DNA from: Bacteroidales bacterium
GTDB lineage: Bacteria > Bacteroidota > Bacteroidia > Bacteroidales > WCHB1-69
Assembly (NCBI GenBank): GCA_016290295.1
Contig: JAEETJ010000001.1
Span: 160,883 to 224,882 of the forward strand
Length of the DNA: 64,000 nucleotides
Reading direction: 5' to 3'
The position numbers were made by a program, and so were the translations under genes. The notes under the pieces are model-generated. The model was given only the letters and a program-made list of their open reading frames with translations, made no database searches and had not been told where the DNA came from. Of the stretch, positions 37,928 to 46,326 are shown in pieces; position 1 is the stretch's first letter; each line of letters starts with the position of its first letter.

Positions 37928-38019
37928 AAAAAATTTGTCATGATAAATCACATTTTTATAAACCATCGTAAGGCCATGCCAGTTAAATTTAATTTTATTT
38001 ACAATCCAAAATAATTCTG

Positions 38020-38027
38020 TAAATTTG
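38020..38027 (+). promoter_or_regulatory. -7 box (taaatttg) for nadB
   Basis: Exact match to the consensus, 25 nt upstream of the ATG at 38052. Confidence 0.55.
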
Positions 38028-38051
38028 CATTTCGAAAAAAACATTGCCAAT

Positions 38052-39647
38052 ATGAGAAAAAAAGTTGATTTTCTGGTTATCGGATCTGGCGTCGCCGGTC
38101 TGTGCTTCGCCTTGAAAGCCGCCAACTACGGCAAAGTCTGTATGGTTACCAAAGCCAAGGTGGATGACACCTCTACCAAATACGCCCAGGGCGGTATCGC
38201 TGCTGTGGTCTATCAGCCCGACACCTACGAGAAACACATACAAGATACCATGATTGCCGGCGACGAGCTGTCAGACCGCCACATCGTGGAACTCACCATC
38301 CGTGAATCCACTGCCCGAGTGATGGAATTGGTGGAATGGGGCGTGGACTTCGACAAGACTAAGAGCGGCAAGTTCGCCTTGGCCAAAGAAGGTGGACACT
38401 CCGAGTTCCGTGTGCTACACCATAAGGACATCACCGGACTAGAAATTGAGGAAAAGCTGATTATCGCTGCCAAGCAGCATCCCAATATCGAGATTCTGGA
38501 AAATCATCTGGCCATCGAAATTATCACCCAGCACCACCTGGGTATCGAGGTGAGCCGCCGTACACCAGACATTACCTGCTATGGAGCTTACGTTTATAAT
38601 CCAAACACCAACAAGGTGCAGACCATTCTGTCGCGTATCACCATGATGTGCACGGGCGGCATCGGCACGGTGTATGGCAACACTACCAATCCCACCATCG
38701 CTACTGGTGACGGCATCGCCATGGTGTATCGTGCTAAGGGTGCGGTCAATGGCATGGAATTCGTGCAGTTCCACCCCACCTCACTTTACAACCCCAAAGA
38801 GTCTCCTTCGTTCCTGATTACCGAAGCTTTGCGCGGTGCTGGCGCTATCCTGAAAGACGAAAACGGAGTGGAGTTTATGAGCAAGTACGACAAGCGTGGT
38901 TCTTTGGCACCCCGCGACATTGTGGCCCGCGCCATCGACAATGAGATGAAACAAAAAGGCTGCGACCATGTCTATCTCGATGCCACACATATCAGCAAAA
39001 CCGAAATTTTCAACCATTTTCCCAATATCTACGCCAAGTGCCTGAGCATTGGTGTGGACATCACCAAGGACATGATCCCCGTGGTCCCCGCAGCCCACTA
39101 TTCCTGCGGCGGCATCAAGGTGAATGAGTGGGGCGAGAGTTCCATCATCAACCTATTCAGCTCGGGAGAATGTGCCTCAACGGGCTTACATGGTGCCAAC
39201 CGACTGGCTTCCAATTCTTTACTCGAAGCCTTAGTCTTCTCACACCGTGCCTGTCTCAAGGCCGTGGAGCGTTTCAAAGATATTGATTTCTGCGACGATG
39301 TGCCCGAATGGAACACCGAGGGCACCGTGCTCAACGAGGAAATGGTGCTGATTACCCAGTCACGCAAAGAATTGCAGACCATCATGTGCAATTATGTGGG
39401 CATCGTCCGCTCCAACGTGCGTTTGCAAAGAGCCTTCGACCGCTTGGAGATTCTGTACCGCGAAACCGAAGACCTATACAAGAAATCTATTCTGATTCCG
39501 GAAATCTGTGAATTGCGTAATATGATTAATATCGGCTACTTGATTATCAAGCACGCCATGAACCGCCATGAGAGCCGCGGTTTGCACTATTCATTGGATT
39601 ATCAAGGGCATCGCGATGAGTCGCAAAGCACACACGATCTATTATAA
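38052..39647 (+). CDS. nadB: L-aspartate oxidase
   Basis: FAD-binding DFLVIGSGVAGL, TKYAQGGIAA, a succinate dehydrogenase/fumarate reductase flavoprotein-like core, and GANRLASNSLLE. I start at MRKKVD because the upstream ATG overlaps the -7 box. Confidence 0.93.
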   Translation: MRKKVDFLVIGSGVAGLCFALKAANYGKVCMVTKAKVDDTSTKYAQGGIAAVVYQPDTYEKHIQDTMIAGDELSDRHIVELTIRESTARVMELVEWGVDFDKTKSGKFALAKEGGHSEFRVLHHKDITGLEIEEKLIIAAKQHPNIEILENHLAIEIITQHHLGIEVSRRTPDITCYGAYVYNPNTNKVQTILSRITMMCTGGIGTVYGNTTNPTIATGDGIAMVYRAKGAVNGMEFVQFHPTSLYNPKESPSFLITEALRGAGAILKDENGVEFMSKYDKRGSLAPRDIVARAIDNEMKQKGCDHVYLDATHISKTEIFNHFPNIYAKCLSIGVDITKDMIPVVPAAHYSCGGIKVNEWGESSIINLFSSGECASTGLHGANRLASNSLLEALVFSHRACLKAVERFKDIDFCDDVPEWNTEGTVLNEEMVLITQSRKELQTIMCNYVGIVRSNVRLQRAFDRLEILYRETEDLYKKSILIPEICELRNMINIGYLIIKHAMNRHESRGLHYSLDYQGHRDESQSTHDLL

Positions 39648-39708
39648 AGGTAGCAGGTGGTAGGTAGTAGGTAGCAGTTTATAATTTCTGATACCTGACA
39701 CCTGACCA
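39648..39708. repeat. GGTAGNA / CTGAYACCTG word element after nadB
   Basis: aggtagcaggtggtaggtagtaggtagcag...ctgatacctgacacctgaccac. Confidence 0.7.
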
Positions 39709-40188
39709 CTATTCCGTTGGGGTTTCTGAAGCTTTGGGTTCATTAATAACACCGGCCATAAAGCGGAGTACTTCGCCATTTGCATCCTTCAAAATCAAAG
39801 TGTCTTTTCGAATTTCATATTTCTTGAACTCTGCATGCAAACCTTGCATAAAGAGTTTCTCAACTTTCATATTTTGGCACAGCCTCTTCGTTGACCCTTC
39901 ATATTCCATTTTGATTCTATCCTTACGGTAAGTATAGTTACCAAAGAAAGAGTTGCAGCCCAAATTTCCAGTATAAACACCATCTTTGCCAAAGACAATA
40001 TGGGGAGTAATAAAGGATTTTGGAATGCTTTCCCCCTTGACATGAGTCAACACCCATTTGGTTTCTGTCAAAGGCTTATTCTGAGCCATTGCTGCTTTTT
40101 TCTTTGCCGATACACAAGAGGTTATGCCTGCTATCAAACAAACAACAAGCATAAAAACGAGCATGTAGTAAATACTATTTTCTTTCAT
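39709..40188 (-). CDS. META-domain (HslJ-like) lipoprotein
   Basis: Signal/lipobox (GITSC) and META motifs (KWVLTHVKGESIP, GCNSFFGNY). Confidence 0.75.
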   Translation of the reverse strand: MKENSIYYMLVFMLVVCLIAGITSCVSAKKKAAMAQNKPLTETKWVLTHVKGESIPKSFITPHIVFGKDGVYTGNLGCNSFFGNYTYRKDRIKMEYEGSTKRLCQNMKVEKLFMQGLHAEFKKYEIRKDTLILKDANGEVLRFMAGVINEPKASETPTE

Positions 40189-40814
40189 TATTCGTCTTGG
40201 TTTTTCTGGTTGTAATACATTTCATTGACCTGATTGATATAATTGAGCACATCATTTTTGCCTCTGCCATCCACTGCCGAGCAAGCAAAGAACGGAGGTA
40301 GGTCTTCCCAAGTTTCCATGAGTTTCCGACAGAAATTCCGGATATTGACGGCACCCTTGGTTTTACCAATCTTATCAGCCTTGGTAAAAATCAAAGAGAA
40401 AGGCATATTCTTCTCGCCTAACTTATTAATAAATTCAATATCAATATTTTGAGGTTCAAGACGAATATCCACCAACACAAACACTAACTGGAGATTCTTG
40501 CGGTGCTGCAGATAATTGTCTATCATCTTCGCCCAATTCTCGCGCATGGTTTTGGAGATTGAAGCATAACCATAACCGGGAAGATCCACCAAAAACCATC
40601 TGTTATCCACCTTGAAATGATTGATAGTCTGTGTTTTACCTGGTTTCGATGAGGTCTTTGCCAAAGATTTATTATCAGCCAGCATATTGATCAATGATGA
40701 CTTGCCCACATTGGAACGTCCAATAAACGCAAATTCAGGAAGTTTGTCCTTTGGACATTTTCTCCAGTCTGTTTCCGACTGCAAAAACTTGATGTTCTTA
40801 ATCTGATAATCCAT
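40188..40814 (-). CDS. engB: ribosome biogenesis GTP-binding protein YsxC/EngB
   Basis: G1 GRSNVGKSS, G3 DLPGYG, G4 TKADK. Confidence 0.9.
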   Translation of the reverse strand: MDYQIKNIKFLQSETDWRKCPKDKLPEFAFIGRSNVGKSSLINMLADNKSLAKTSSKPGKTQTINHFKVDNRWFLVDLPGYGYASISKTMRENWAKMIDNYLQHRKNLQLVFVLVDIRLEPQNIDIEFINKLGEKNMPFSLIFTKADKIGKTKGAVNIRNFCRKLMETWEDLPPFFACSAVDGRGKNDVLNYINQVNEMYYNQKNQDE

Positions 40815-40822
40815 AAAACTAT

Positions 40823-41770
40823 TTATTTTGCAAAGCTTTTAATATGTCGTTCTTTTTTGTTTTCGTAAATGTCAGGAATATGAATCGTAATGGCCAGTTC
40901 CTCCACTTCCCCGAAACTCGGATTGTCGGAAATGCCATAATACTTCAAAGAGGGAGAAATGGACATATAGGATTTGATGAGCGGCGGTATCACGGTGCCC
41001 ATGGCACGGACTCTTTTTTTCAGAATCGAAAGGCTGTCGCTCAAGGTTTTCTCTTTGTATATCGCATTGTTTTTCTTGTTCATTTTCTTCGAGCGATCTG
41101 AAGAATGAATCGGCTTGATAAGGTTCTCATCGCCTTTGAAATAGCGTTTCAGAAAATCCAATATCAGTCGTCGTGCCAAGCGGCTGTATGTATTATACAT
41201 AGTCATCTTGCCGAAGAAATATTCTATTTCCGGATATTTGACAGCAAGGGCTCCCAGTCCGTCCCAGATATTGTCCAAGGCGAACAGGCCTTTACGAGGA
41301 TCCGCCGACACCTGGTATTTGGGTTGCACAAAGCTCCGGCCCAATTCGATGGTGCGTGGCCAGTATTCTTCGATGAATTGCGGTGACAGCTCAAACAATT
41401 CCGAAGTGGCGGTATGTGGATAGCCTTTTTCATCCACTGGGGCGTCGATACCTTTGATGAAACGGTAAGCGCTTACAATTTCCTCTTCTTCCGGATTCCA
41501 GACTATCAATTGTTTCCAGGCATGAGGTCCCTCGTCAAACTCGTCCAGGTCGAGTTCTTTGCCAGTGCCACCACCTGCCGCCCTAAAAGTCATCTCACGC
41601 AAACGTCCGATTTCCCTAAGCACATTCGGTGAATCATGAGCATCTATCATGTATATGTAGTTGTTGAGCGCATTGGTCTTCCTCAGAAACTTGTCCTCAG
41701 TAAGCTCCTGCTTCAAAACATCGACGGGTATGGGATCAATGATGCTCTTCATGCCATTATTTATTTCCAA
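40823..41770 (-). CDS. GNAT-fold N-acyltransferase, hemolysin-like (GlsB/OlsB-like, N-acyl amino acid lipid synthase)
   Basis: Similar to the ornithine/glycine-lipid N-acyltransferase family (EIGRLREMTFR, ELGRSFV). Overlaps the upstream acyltransferase gene by 14 nt. Confidence 0.7.
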   Translation of the reverse strand: MEINNGMKSIIDPIPVDVLKQELTEDKFLRKTNALNNYIYMIDAHDSPNVLREIGRLREMTFRAAGGGTGKELDLDEFDEGPHAWKQLIVWNPEEEEIVSAYRFIKGIDAPVDEKGYPHTATSELFELSPQFIEEYWPRTIELGRSFVQPKYQVSADPRKGLFALDNIWDGLGALAVKYPEIEYFFGKMTMYNTYSRLARRLILDFLKRYFKGDENLIKPIHSSDRSKKMNKKNNAIYKEKTLSDSLSILKKRVRAMGTVIPPLIKSYMSISPSLKYYGISDNPSFGEVEELAITIHIPDIYENKKERHIKSFAK

Positions 41771-42566
41771 GTGAATAAACCTGTTCTTTCAACCATGCTG
41801 CCCATTCCTTATCTTTTTTCGAATCATCAAACTGATGATAGGAAATAGGCTCACCGAATGAGATTTCAAAATGTGATTTCTTCTTTTTCATCATCTCTCG
41901 GGGCAGCAATACCATCTCCAAATTCGACTTAACACCCAATTTTTCCCTTAAATTGGCCACATTGTAGAACAAATTGGAGTTTTTGGCATCAAAAAAACAA
42001 GGAATGATGTCTCTTTGTGTTTGTTTAGCCTTTGTAATGATGGTCTTCTTCCATTCCAAATCCTGAATCACCCCCTTCTTTTTGCGAGAGCACATTCCTG
42101 CCGGAAAATACAGCACAAGATTGTCCGACTCGAAAGCATCGTTGAACATCTTACGGGCTTCGTCGCCAGTTTTGCCATGCTTGTTAATCGGGACAAAAAT
42201 CTCGCGCATCGGCTCCACATAATACAGCAGGTCGTTGACGGGGAACTTGATATCCTGGCGGTGCCGGCCACACACGCTGATGAGTGTCATTCCGTCCAAG
42301 CCACCCAGCGGATGGTTGGAAGCAATGATATAGCGACCTGTCCGGGGTATCCGTTCCTCATGGTGAATTACCAGTTCGTTGTCCAGGTAATTGATGACAG
42401 CATTGGTGAAGCCCAAAGAGGACAAGTGACCATGTTCGCGGAGGAGCATATTCATCTCTTCCTGACAGATCAAACGTTCTATCCAGCGTATGACAAAAGA
42501 GGGGATTTTTTTGTAAAGTCCCGGATTCTTGTCCTGTAAAGCTTTTGCCACACTCAGCTGCATCAT
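41757..42566 (-). CDS. lysophospholipid/1-acyl-glycerol-3-phosphate-type O-acyltransferase (GlsA/OlsA-like)
   Basis: PlsC-family blocks (IIASNHPLGGLDG, YFPAGMCSR). Confidence 0.75.
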   Translation of the reverse strand: MMQLSVAKALQDKNPGLYKKIPSFVIRWIERLICQEEMNMLLREHGHLSSLGFTNAVINYLDNELVIHHEERIPRTGRYIIASNHPLGGLDGMTLISVCGRHRQDIKFPVNDLLYYVEPMREIFVPINKHGKTGDEARKMFNDAFESDNLVLYFPAGMCSRKKKGVIQDLEWKKTIITKAKQTQRDIIPCFFDAKNSNLFYNVANLREKLGVKSNLEMVLLPREMMKKKKSHFEISFGEPISYHQFDDSKKDKEWAAWLKEQVYSLGNK

Positions 42567-42575
42567 ATCAATTTT

Positions 42576-43883
42576 TTATCTTCCCGACAGCCACTGGTTT
42601 GGATTCAGATACGTGTTGTTTTTCCAAACCTCAAAATGAAGTTCGTAAGTGTTATTGGTCGTTGATTTGGCCACCGTACCTATATTCTGTTTGGTACTCA
42701 CCTTATCACCTTTCTTCACACTGACAGAAGCGAGGTTTTGATATACAGAAAGATACTCTCCATGGCGAATCATCAGCACCTTGGTTCCCATCACATCCAG
42801 AATGCCGGTCACTTCTCCTTGGAAGATAGCTCTGACAGGTGTGTTGGGTTCCACAAGAATATCGATACCACGGTTTTCAATCATGACGGAAGGCACGTCG
42901 GGATGGGGATAACTGCCGAAGTCACCCACTTTCGCACCCTTTGCAACAGGCCATGGCAGTTTGCCTTTGTTGTTGACGAAAGAATTGCTCACCAGCTGTT
43001 CATCGGGAGTCAGCACAATAGCATTGGTGGAGGCTTTTCCGCTGCCTGAAGAGGACGACGTGTTAGCGGTATTTTTGCCCGCTTTGGCTTTGGCAGCCTT
43101 AGCGGCTTCCTCAGCTTTCTTCTTGTTAGCGGCTACAATCTCCGCTTCAATCGCCTTCTTGATGGCAATATCCAGTTCTTTTCTCTTTTTCTGCTTTTCC
43201 TGCAAGGTGCTGGCCAACTGTTTCTCTTTCTGCTTCAGCTCCTGCGCCTTCTTGGTGGTTTCCGTCCTGTCTAATTCCAGTTTTTTGATTTCCACTTCCT
43301 TGCCTTCCAGCAGAGCCAGTTTCTCCGCCTTCATCTGCACAATTTCCTCATTCTTTTTCTTGATTTCCTCTTGCGTTTTCTCTATCAATTCCACCTGATG
43401 TTTCACATTGTTGGCGAAAACAGAATAATACTTGACACGACGGAACATCTGCGAGAAGTTGTCCGATGAAAGCAAAAAAGTCACCTTGTCTATCAGTTTC
43501 CTGTTCTTATAAGCAAGATACACCACTCTCGAATAATCGGATTTCATGTATTCAAGTTTCTTATTCAAATCCTGTGACAATTTGATATTCAATGCCAGTT
43601 CCTCTTCCAGCTCAAAAATCTCGGTATTCAGGGTTGTAATCAAAGCCTCACGATTAGAAATCTGCTGTCGCAGCACACTGATTTGCTGCAAAGAGGCATT
43701 CTTGTTTTTCTCGGTTTGCTTCAGCAGTTTCTGTGTATTAGCGATTTCCGTCTCTATTTTCTTCTTGTCATTTTTCAGTTTTGCGCTCTTCGACTGCGAA
43801 AAAGCGTCGAAAGGAGCACACAATATAGCCATTGCCAATAAGGCCATGGAGACAAAGCGTAGGCTGATTTTATGTGATTTCAT
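42576..43883 (-). CDS. M23 family metallopeptidase with long coiled-coil (EnvC-like murein hydrolase activator)
   Basis: Signal peptide, about 250 aa of heptad-rich K/E sequence, and a C-terminal LytM domain (GIDI, HGEYLSVYQNL, YELHFEVW). Confidence 0.85.
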   Translation of the reverse strand: MKSHKISLRFVSMALLAMAILCAPFDAFSQSKSAKLKNDKKKIETEIANTQKLLKQTEKNKNASLQQISVLRQQISNREALITTLNTEIFELEEELALNIKLSQDLNKKLEYMKSDYSRVVYLAYKNRKLIDKVTFLLSSDNFSQMFRRVKYYSVFANNVKHQVELIEKTQEEIKKKNEEIVQMKAEKLALLEGKEVEIKKLELDRTETTKKAQELKQKEKQLASTLQEKQKKRKELDIAIKKAIEAEIVAANKKKAEEAAKAAKAKAGKNTANTSSSSGSGKASTNAIVLTPDEQLVSNSFVNNKGKLPWPVAKGAKVGDFGSYPHPDVPSVMIENRGIDILVEPNTPVRAIFQGEVTGILDVMGTKVLMIRHGEYLSVYQNLASVSVKKGDKVSTKQNIGTVAKSTTNNTYELHFEVWKNNTYLNPNQWLSGR

Positions 43884-43915
43884 TGTCTTTAGTTTACGGC
43901 TTATACAATAACTTA

Positions 43916-43923
43916 CAAAAATA
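43916..43923 (-). promoter_or_regulatory. -7 box (tatttttg) for the M23-glsA-glsB-engB-META strand block
   Basis: Exact match to the consensus, 33 nt upstream of the ATG at 43883. Confidence 0.55.
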
Positions 43924-43987
43924 AAAGTATATTGTGCACAATTTCAAGCTAAAGTATAGTATTTATACACAGGGAAATGTTGATGAT

Positions 43988-44016
43988 AATTAGCAAATTA
44001 GTTAATTAGCAAATGG
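43988..44016. repeat. ATTAGCAAAT word array; outer end of the left inverted repeat around the EEP gene
   Basis: aattagcaaattagttaattagcaaatgg. The exact reverse complement is at 45298-45326. Confidence 0.85.
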
Positions 44017-44027
44017 ATTTTAATTTC

Positions 44028-44153
44028 GGGGAGTCTCGCTACGCTCGAGGGGAGTCATGCTGCGCATGAAAGGGGAGTCTCACACTGCGTGCTCGAGGGG
44101 AGTCATACTGCGCATGAAAGGGGAGTCTCACACTGCGTGCTCGAGGGGAGTCG
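44028..44153. repeat. GGGGAGT-framed mini-hairpin array containing a 48-bp tandem duplication
   Basis: The units at 44044-44091 and 44092-44139 differ at a single position (catGctg versus catActg). Confidence 0.85.
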
Positions 44154-44187
44154 TTTTAATTACAGGAATATATGTGTGTTTTTTATG

Positions 44188-44195
44188 TATTTTTG
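44188..44195 (+). promoter_or_regulatory. -7 box (tatttttg) for the EEP gene, inside the inverted-repeat-bounded unit
   Basis: Exact match to the consensus, 21 nt upstream of the ATG at 44216. Confidence 0.6.
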
Positions 44196-44215
44196 CGGAA
44201 AATAAAAAGACCAAC

Positions 44216-45181
44216 ATGAAAAGACACCCTATTCTTTTGAAAAGCTTTCTATTTTCAAGTATTCTCCTGTTTCTTGTCGTTTCCCTCTCCGCCCAGGAGA
44301 TGCTTGTCGGCAGCTACAACATACGCTATAAAAACTGGAACGATAGTGTGCAGGGCAACTCGTGGTCGAAGCGCTGTCAGGTAATCTGCGACCAAGTCAA
44401 CTTCATGGCCCCCGTCATTTTTGGTACCCAGGAGGTGCTGTACAGCCAGCTCCTCGACATGCACAAAGCGTTAGACAACTACGACTATATCGGCATAGGG
44501 CGCGACGATGGCAAACATGGCGGCGAACATGAGGCCATTTTCTACAAAAAAGACAAGCTCCAACTCATTGACCATGGCGACTTTTGGCTCAACGAAACTC
44601 CCGACAAGCCCGCATTGGGCTGGGACGCGGCCTGCATCCGTATCTGCACCTGGGGCAAGTTTTCAGTTAAGACCACACAAAACGATGCAAACAACAAGCA
44701 GAATGAAAACGCCAAAACCTTTTACTACTTCAACCTCCATATGGACCATGTGGGTGTAGTGGCTCGACGAGAGGCTGCCAAGTTAGTGGTGAAGCGCATC
44801 AAAGAGATGACCAACGGCCTCCCAGTCATTCTCACAGGTGATTTCAATGTAGACCAGAATGATGAGATATACACTATTTTCACTCTATCGGGATTGCTGA
44901 AGGACTCTTACGATGCCGCCCGCATACGCTTTGCAGAGAACGGCACCTTCAACGCATTTAAAACGGAATATTTCACCCAGAGCCGTATCGACCATGTGTT
45001 TGTGTCGCCTTCCACCCAAGTCGAAGCATACGGTGTGCTCACCGACAGTTACTGGACCCCCAACGAGCGTTCAGACGAAAGTCAGAAATCCTTTGATGCA
45101 CCACAGGAAATTTCCTTCAGTCCCTATACCCGCCGCAATCCATCGGATCATTATCCTGTATTTGTGAGATTGAGGTTTTAA
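44216..45181 (+). CDS. secreted endonuclease/exonuclease/phosphatase (EEP) family protein
   Basis: Signal peptide MKRHPILLKSFLFSSILLFLVVSLSAQ. EEP blocks are present (GSYNIRY, GTQE, FNLHMDH, LTGDFN, SDHYPV). The ATG at 44216 follows a -7 box at 44188. The 53 upstream codons of the track ORF are translated repeat DNA. Confidence 0.85.
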   Translation: MKRHPILLKSFLFSSILLFLVVSLSAQEMLVGSYNIRYKNWNDSVQGNSWSKRCQVICDQVNFMAPVIFGTQEVLYSQLLDMHKALDNYDYIGIGRDDGKHGGEHEAIFYKKDKLQLIDHGDFWLNETPDKPALGWDAACIRICTWGKFSVKTTQNDANNKQNENAKTFYYFNLHMDHVGVVARREAAKLVVKRIKEMTNGLPVILTGDFNVDQNDEIYTIFTLSGLLKDSYDAARIRFAENGTFNAFKTEYFTQSRIDHVFVSPSTQVEAYGVLTDSYWTPNERSDESQKSFDAPQEISFSPYTRRNPSDHYPVFVRLRF

Positions 45182-45288
45182 CGACTCCCCTCGATCACGA
45201 AGTGCAAAACTCCCCTCGAATGCATAGCATGAGACTCCCCCTTGTGCGTATGCACAACTCCCCTCGAGTACGCAGTACGAGACTCCTC
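45181..45288. repeat. GGGGAGT-framed mini-hairpin array, inverted orientation
   Basis: ACTCCCCTCGA units alternate with small palindromes (tgcatagcat, tgtgcgtatgcaca, gtacgcagtac). Confidence 0.85.
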
Positions 45289-45297
45289 CAATTAAAT

Positions 45298-45335
45298 CCA
45301 TTTGCTAATTAACTAATTTGCTAATTTGCTAATTG
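45298..45335. repeat. ATTTGCTAAT word array; outer end of the right inverted repeat around the EEP gene
   Basis: ccatttgctaattaactaatttgctaatttgctaattg. Confidence 0.85.
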
Positions 45336-45345
45336 AAAAAAACAC

Positions 45346-45353
45346 TACCTTTG
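45346..45353 (+). promoter_or_regulatory. -7 box (tacctttg) for azlCD
   Basis: Exact match to the consensus. The TTTG of the repeat array lies 17 nt upstream. Confidence 0.6.
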
Positions 45354-45393
45354 CAGACTGAAATTTTCAGCCTCAAAAAGGACATAACACACT

Positions 45394-46326
45394 GTGGGAG
45401 AGAAAACTAAAAAAATCAAGACTGTAATTCGCCGGCAGAATACTCGCCGGAAGGCCACCTTGCGTGCCATGAAATGGAGGCGCGACAAGTTCAACCGGCG
45501 ATTGCGCGAACAGGTCAATGACTTAATGATTGTGCGCCATCTTCCCAAATTCCTCAAGCCGAAAAAACGCAGTCAGATTCAGGAACAGCCCAAGAGCGAA
45601 TATGTAAGAGGGCTTCTGTTAGGAAAGTCCATCGGATTAGGTTACGTGCCCGTGTCCTTTACTTTTGGCTTGGTGGCCGTGCAGATGGGTTTTGACCCCT
45701 GGGTAGCGGTGTTCATTTCGCTCACCAACCTGGCTTCCGCCGGCCAGTTTGCTGGTATTCGCATGATTGCCGGTGGTGCTCCTGCCATCGAGCTAGCCAT
45801 GACCACCCTTGTAGTCAATATCCGCTACTTCCTGATGAGCCTCTCGCTCACCCAGAAAATAGACAGCAAACTGCCTACCTACAAACGCTGCATCATGGCC
45901 TTCGGGGTCACCGATGAGATCTTTGCCTTGGCAGCCATGGAAAAAGAGGATGTCAGCTTCCCCTTCTTCGGGGGACTGATGACCTGCCCTATTGTAGGTT
46001 GGACCTTGGGAACCGTACTCGGTGCCTTTGCCGCCGAGCTGATGCCACCCTTGGTGCAGGCCTGCATGGGTATCGCCTTGTACTGCATGTTTATCGCCAT
46101 TATTGTTCCGCCGTCAAGAAGCAACAAGAAAATCTTCTATTCCATTGTCATCGCTTCTGCCCTGTCGTGCCTATTCAAATATGTACCCGGCATCAACCAG
46201 ATATCACAAAACGGCGGTGGCTGGTCACTCATTATTTCAGCTATTGCCGCGGCAGCTATCTGCGCCACTTTCTTCAAGACCGAAGAGGTAGAAGAGGAAA
46301 ATGAGAGAAAGGAGGTGGCACGATGA
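45394..46326 (+). CDS. azlC: AzlC-family branched-chain amino acid exporter subunit; start uncertain
   Basis: AzlC core from about aa 68 (GLGYVPVSFTFG...SAGQFAG). The GTG-initiated ORF adds a highly basic ~65-aa N-terminus. An alternative ATG lies at 45526. Confidence 0.75.
   Translation: MGEKTKKIKTVIRRQNTRRKATLRAMKWRRDKFNRRLREQVNDLMIVRHLPKFLKPKKRSQIQEQPKSEYVRGLLLGKSIGLGYVPVSFTFGLVAVQMGFDPWVAVFISLTNLASAGQFAGIRMIAGGAPAIELAMTTLVVNIRYFLMSLSLTQKIDSKLPTYKRCIMAFGVTDEIFALAAMEKEDVSFPFFGGLMTCPIVGWTLGTVLGAFAAELMPPLVQACMGIALYCMFIAIIVPPSRSNKKIFYSIVIASALSCLFKYVPGINQISQNGGGWSLIISAIAAAAICATFFKTEEVEEENERKEVAR

Noticed and set aside
44028-44153. Could the regularly spaced GGGGAGT units with variable inserts be a CRISPR array?
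   Set aside because: The variable inserts are only about 8-14 nt and are themselves palindromic. The repeats are about 11-13 nt. No cas genes or leader are present, and copies occur in both orientations as short solo blocks.
44057-44215. N-terminal 53 codons of the track ORF for the EEP gene (MLRMKGESHTACSRGV repeated).
   Set aside because: This is the 48-bp tandem GGGGAGT repeat read in frame. A -7 box (44188) and a proper signal-peptide start (44216) lie downstream.
43988-45335. Could the inverted repeats around the EEP gene form a classical Bacteroidales invertible promoter (inverton)?
   Set aside because: The invertible unit would contain both the promoter and the entire ORF, so flipping would not switch expression. 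The arms are far longer and more degenerate than typical 15-30 bp inverton repeats, and no recombinase gene is nearby. I keep it as a cassette/recombination hypothesis only.
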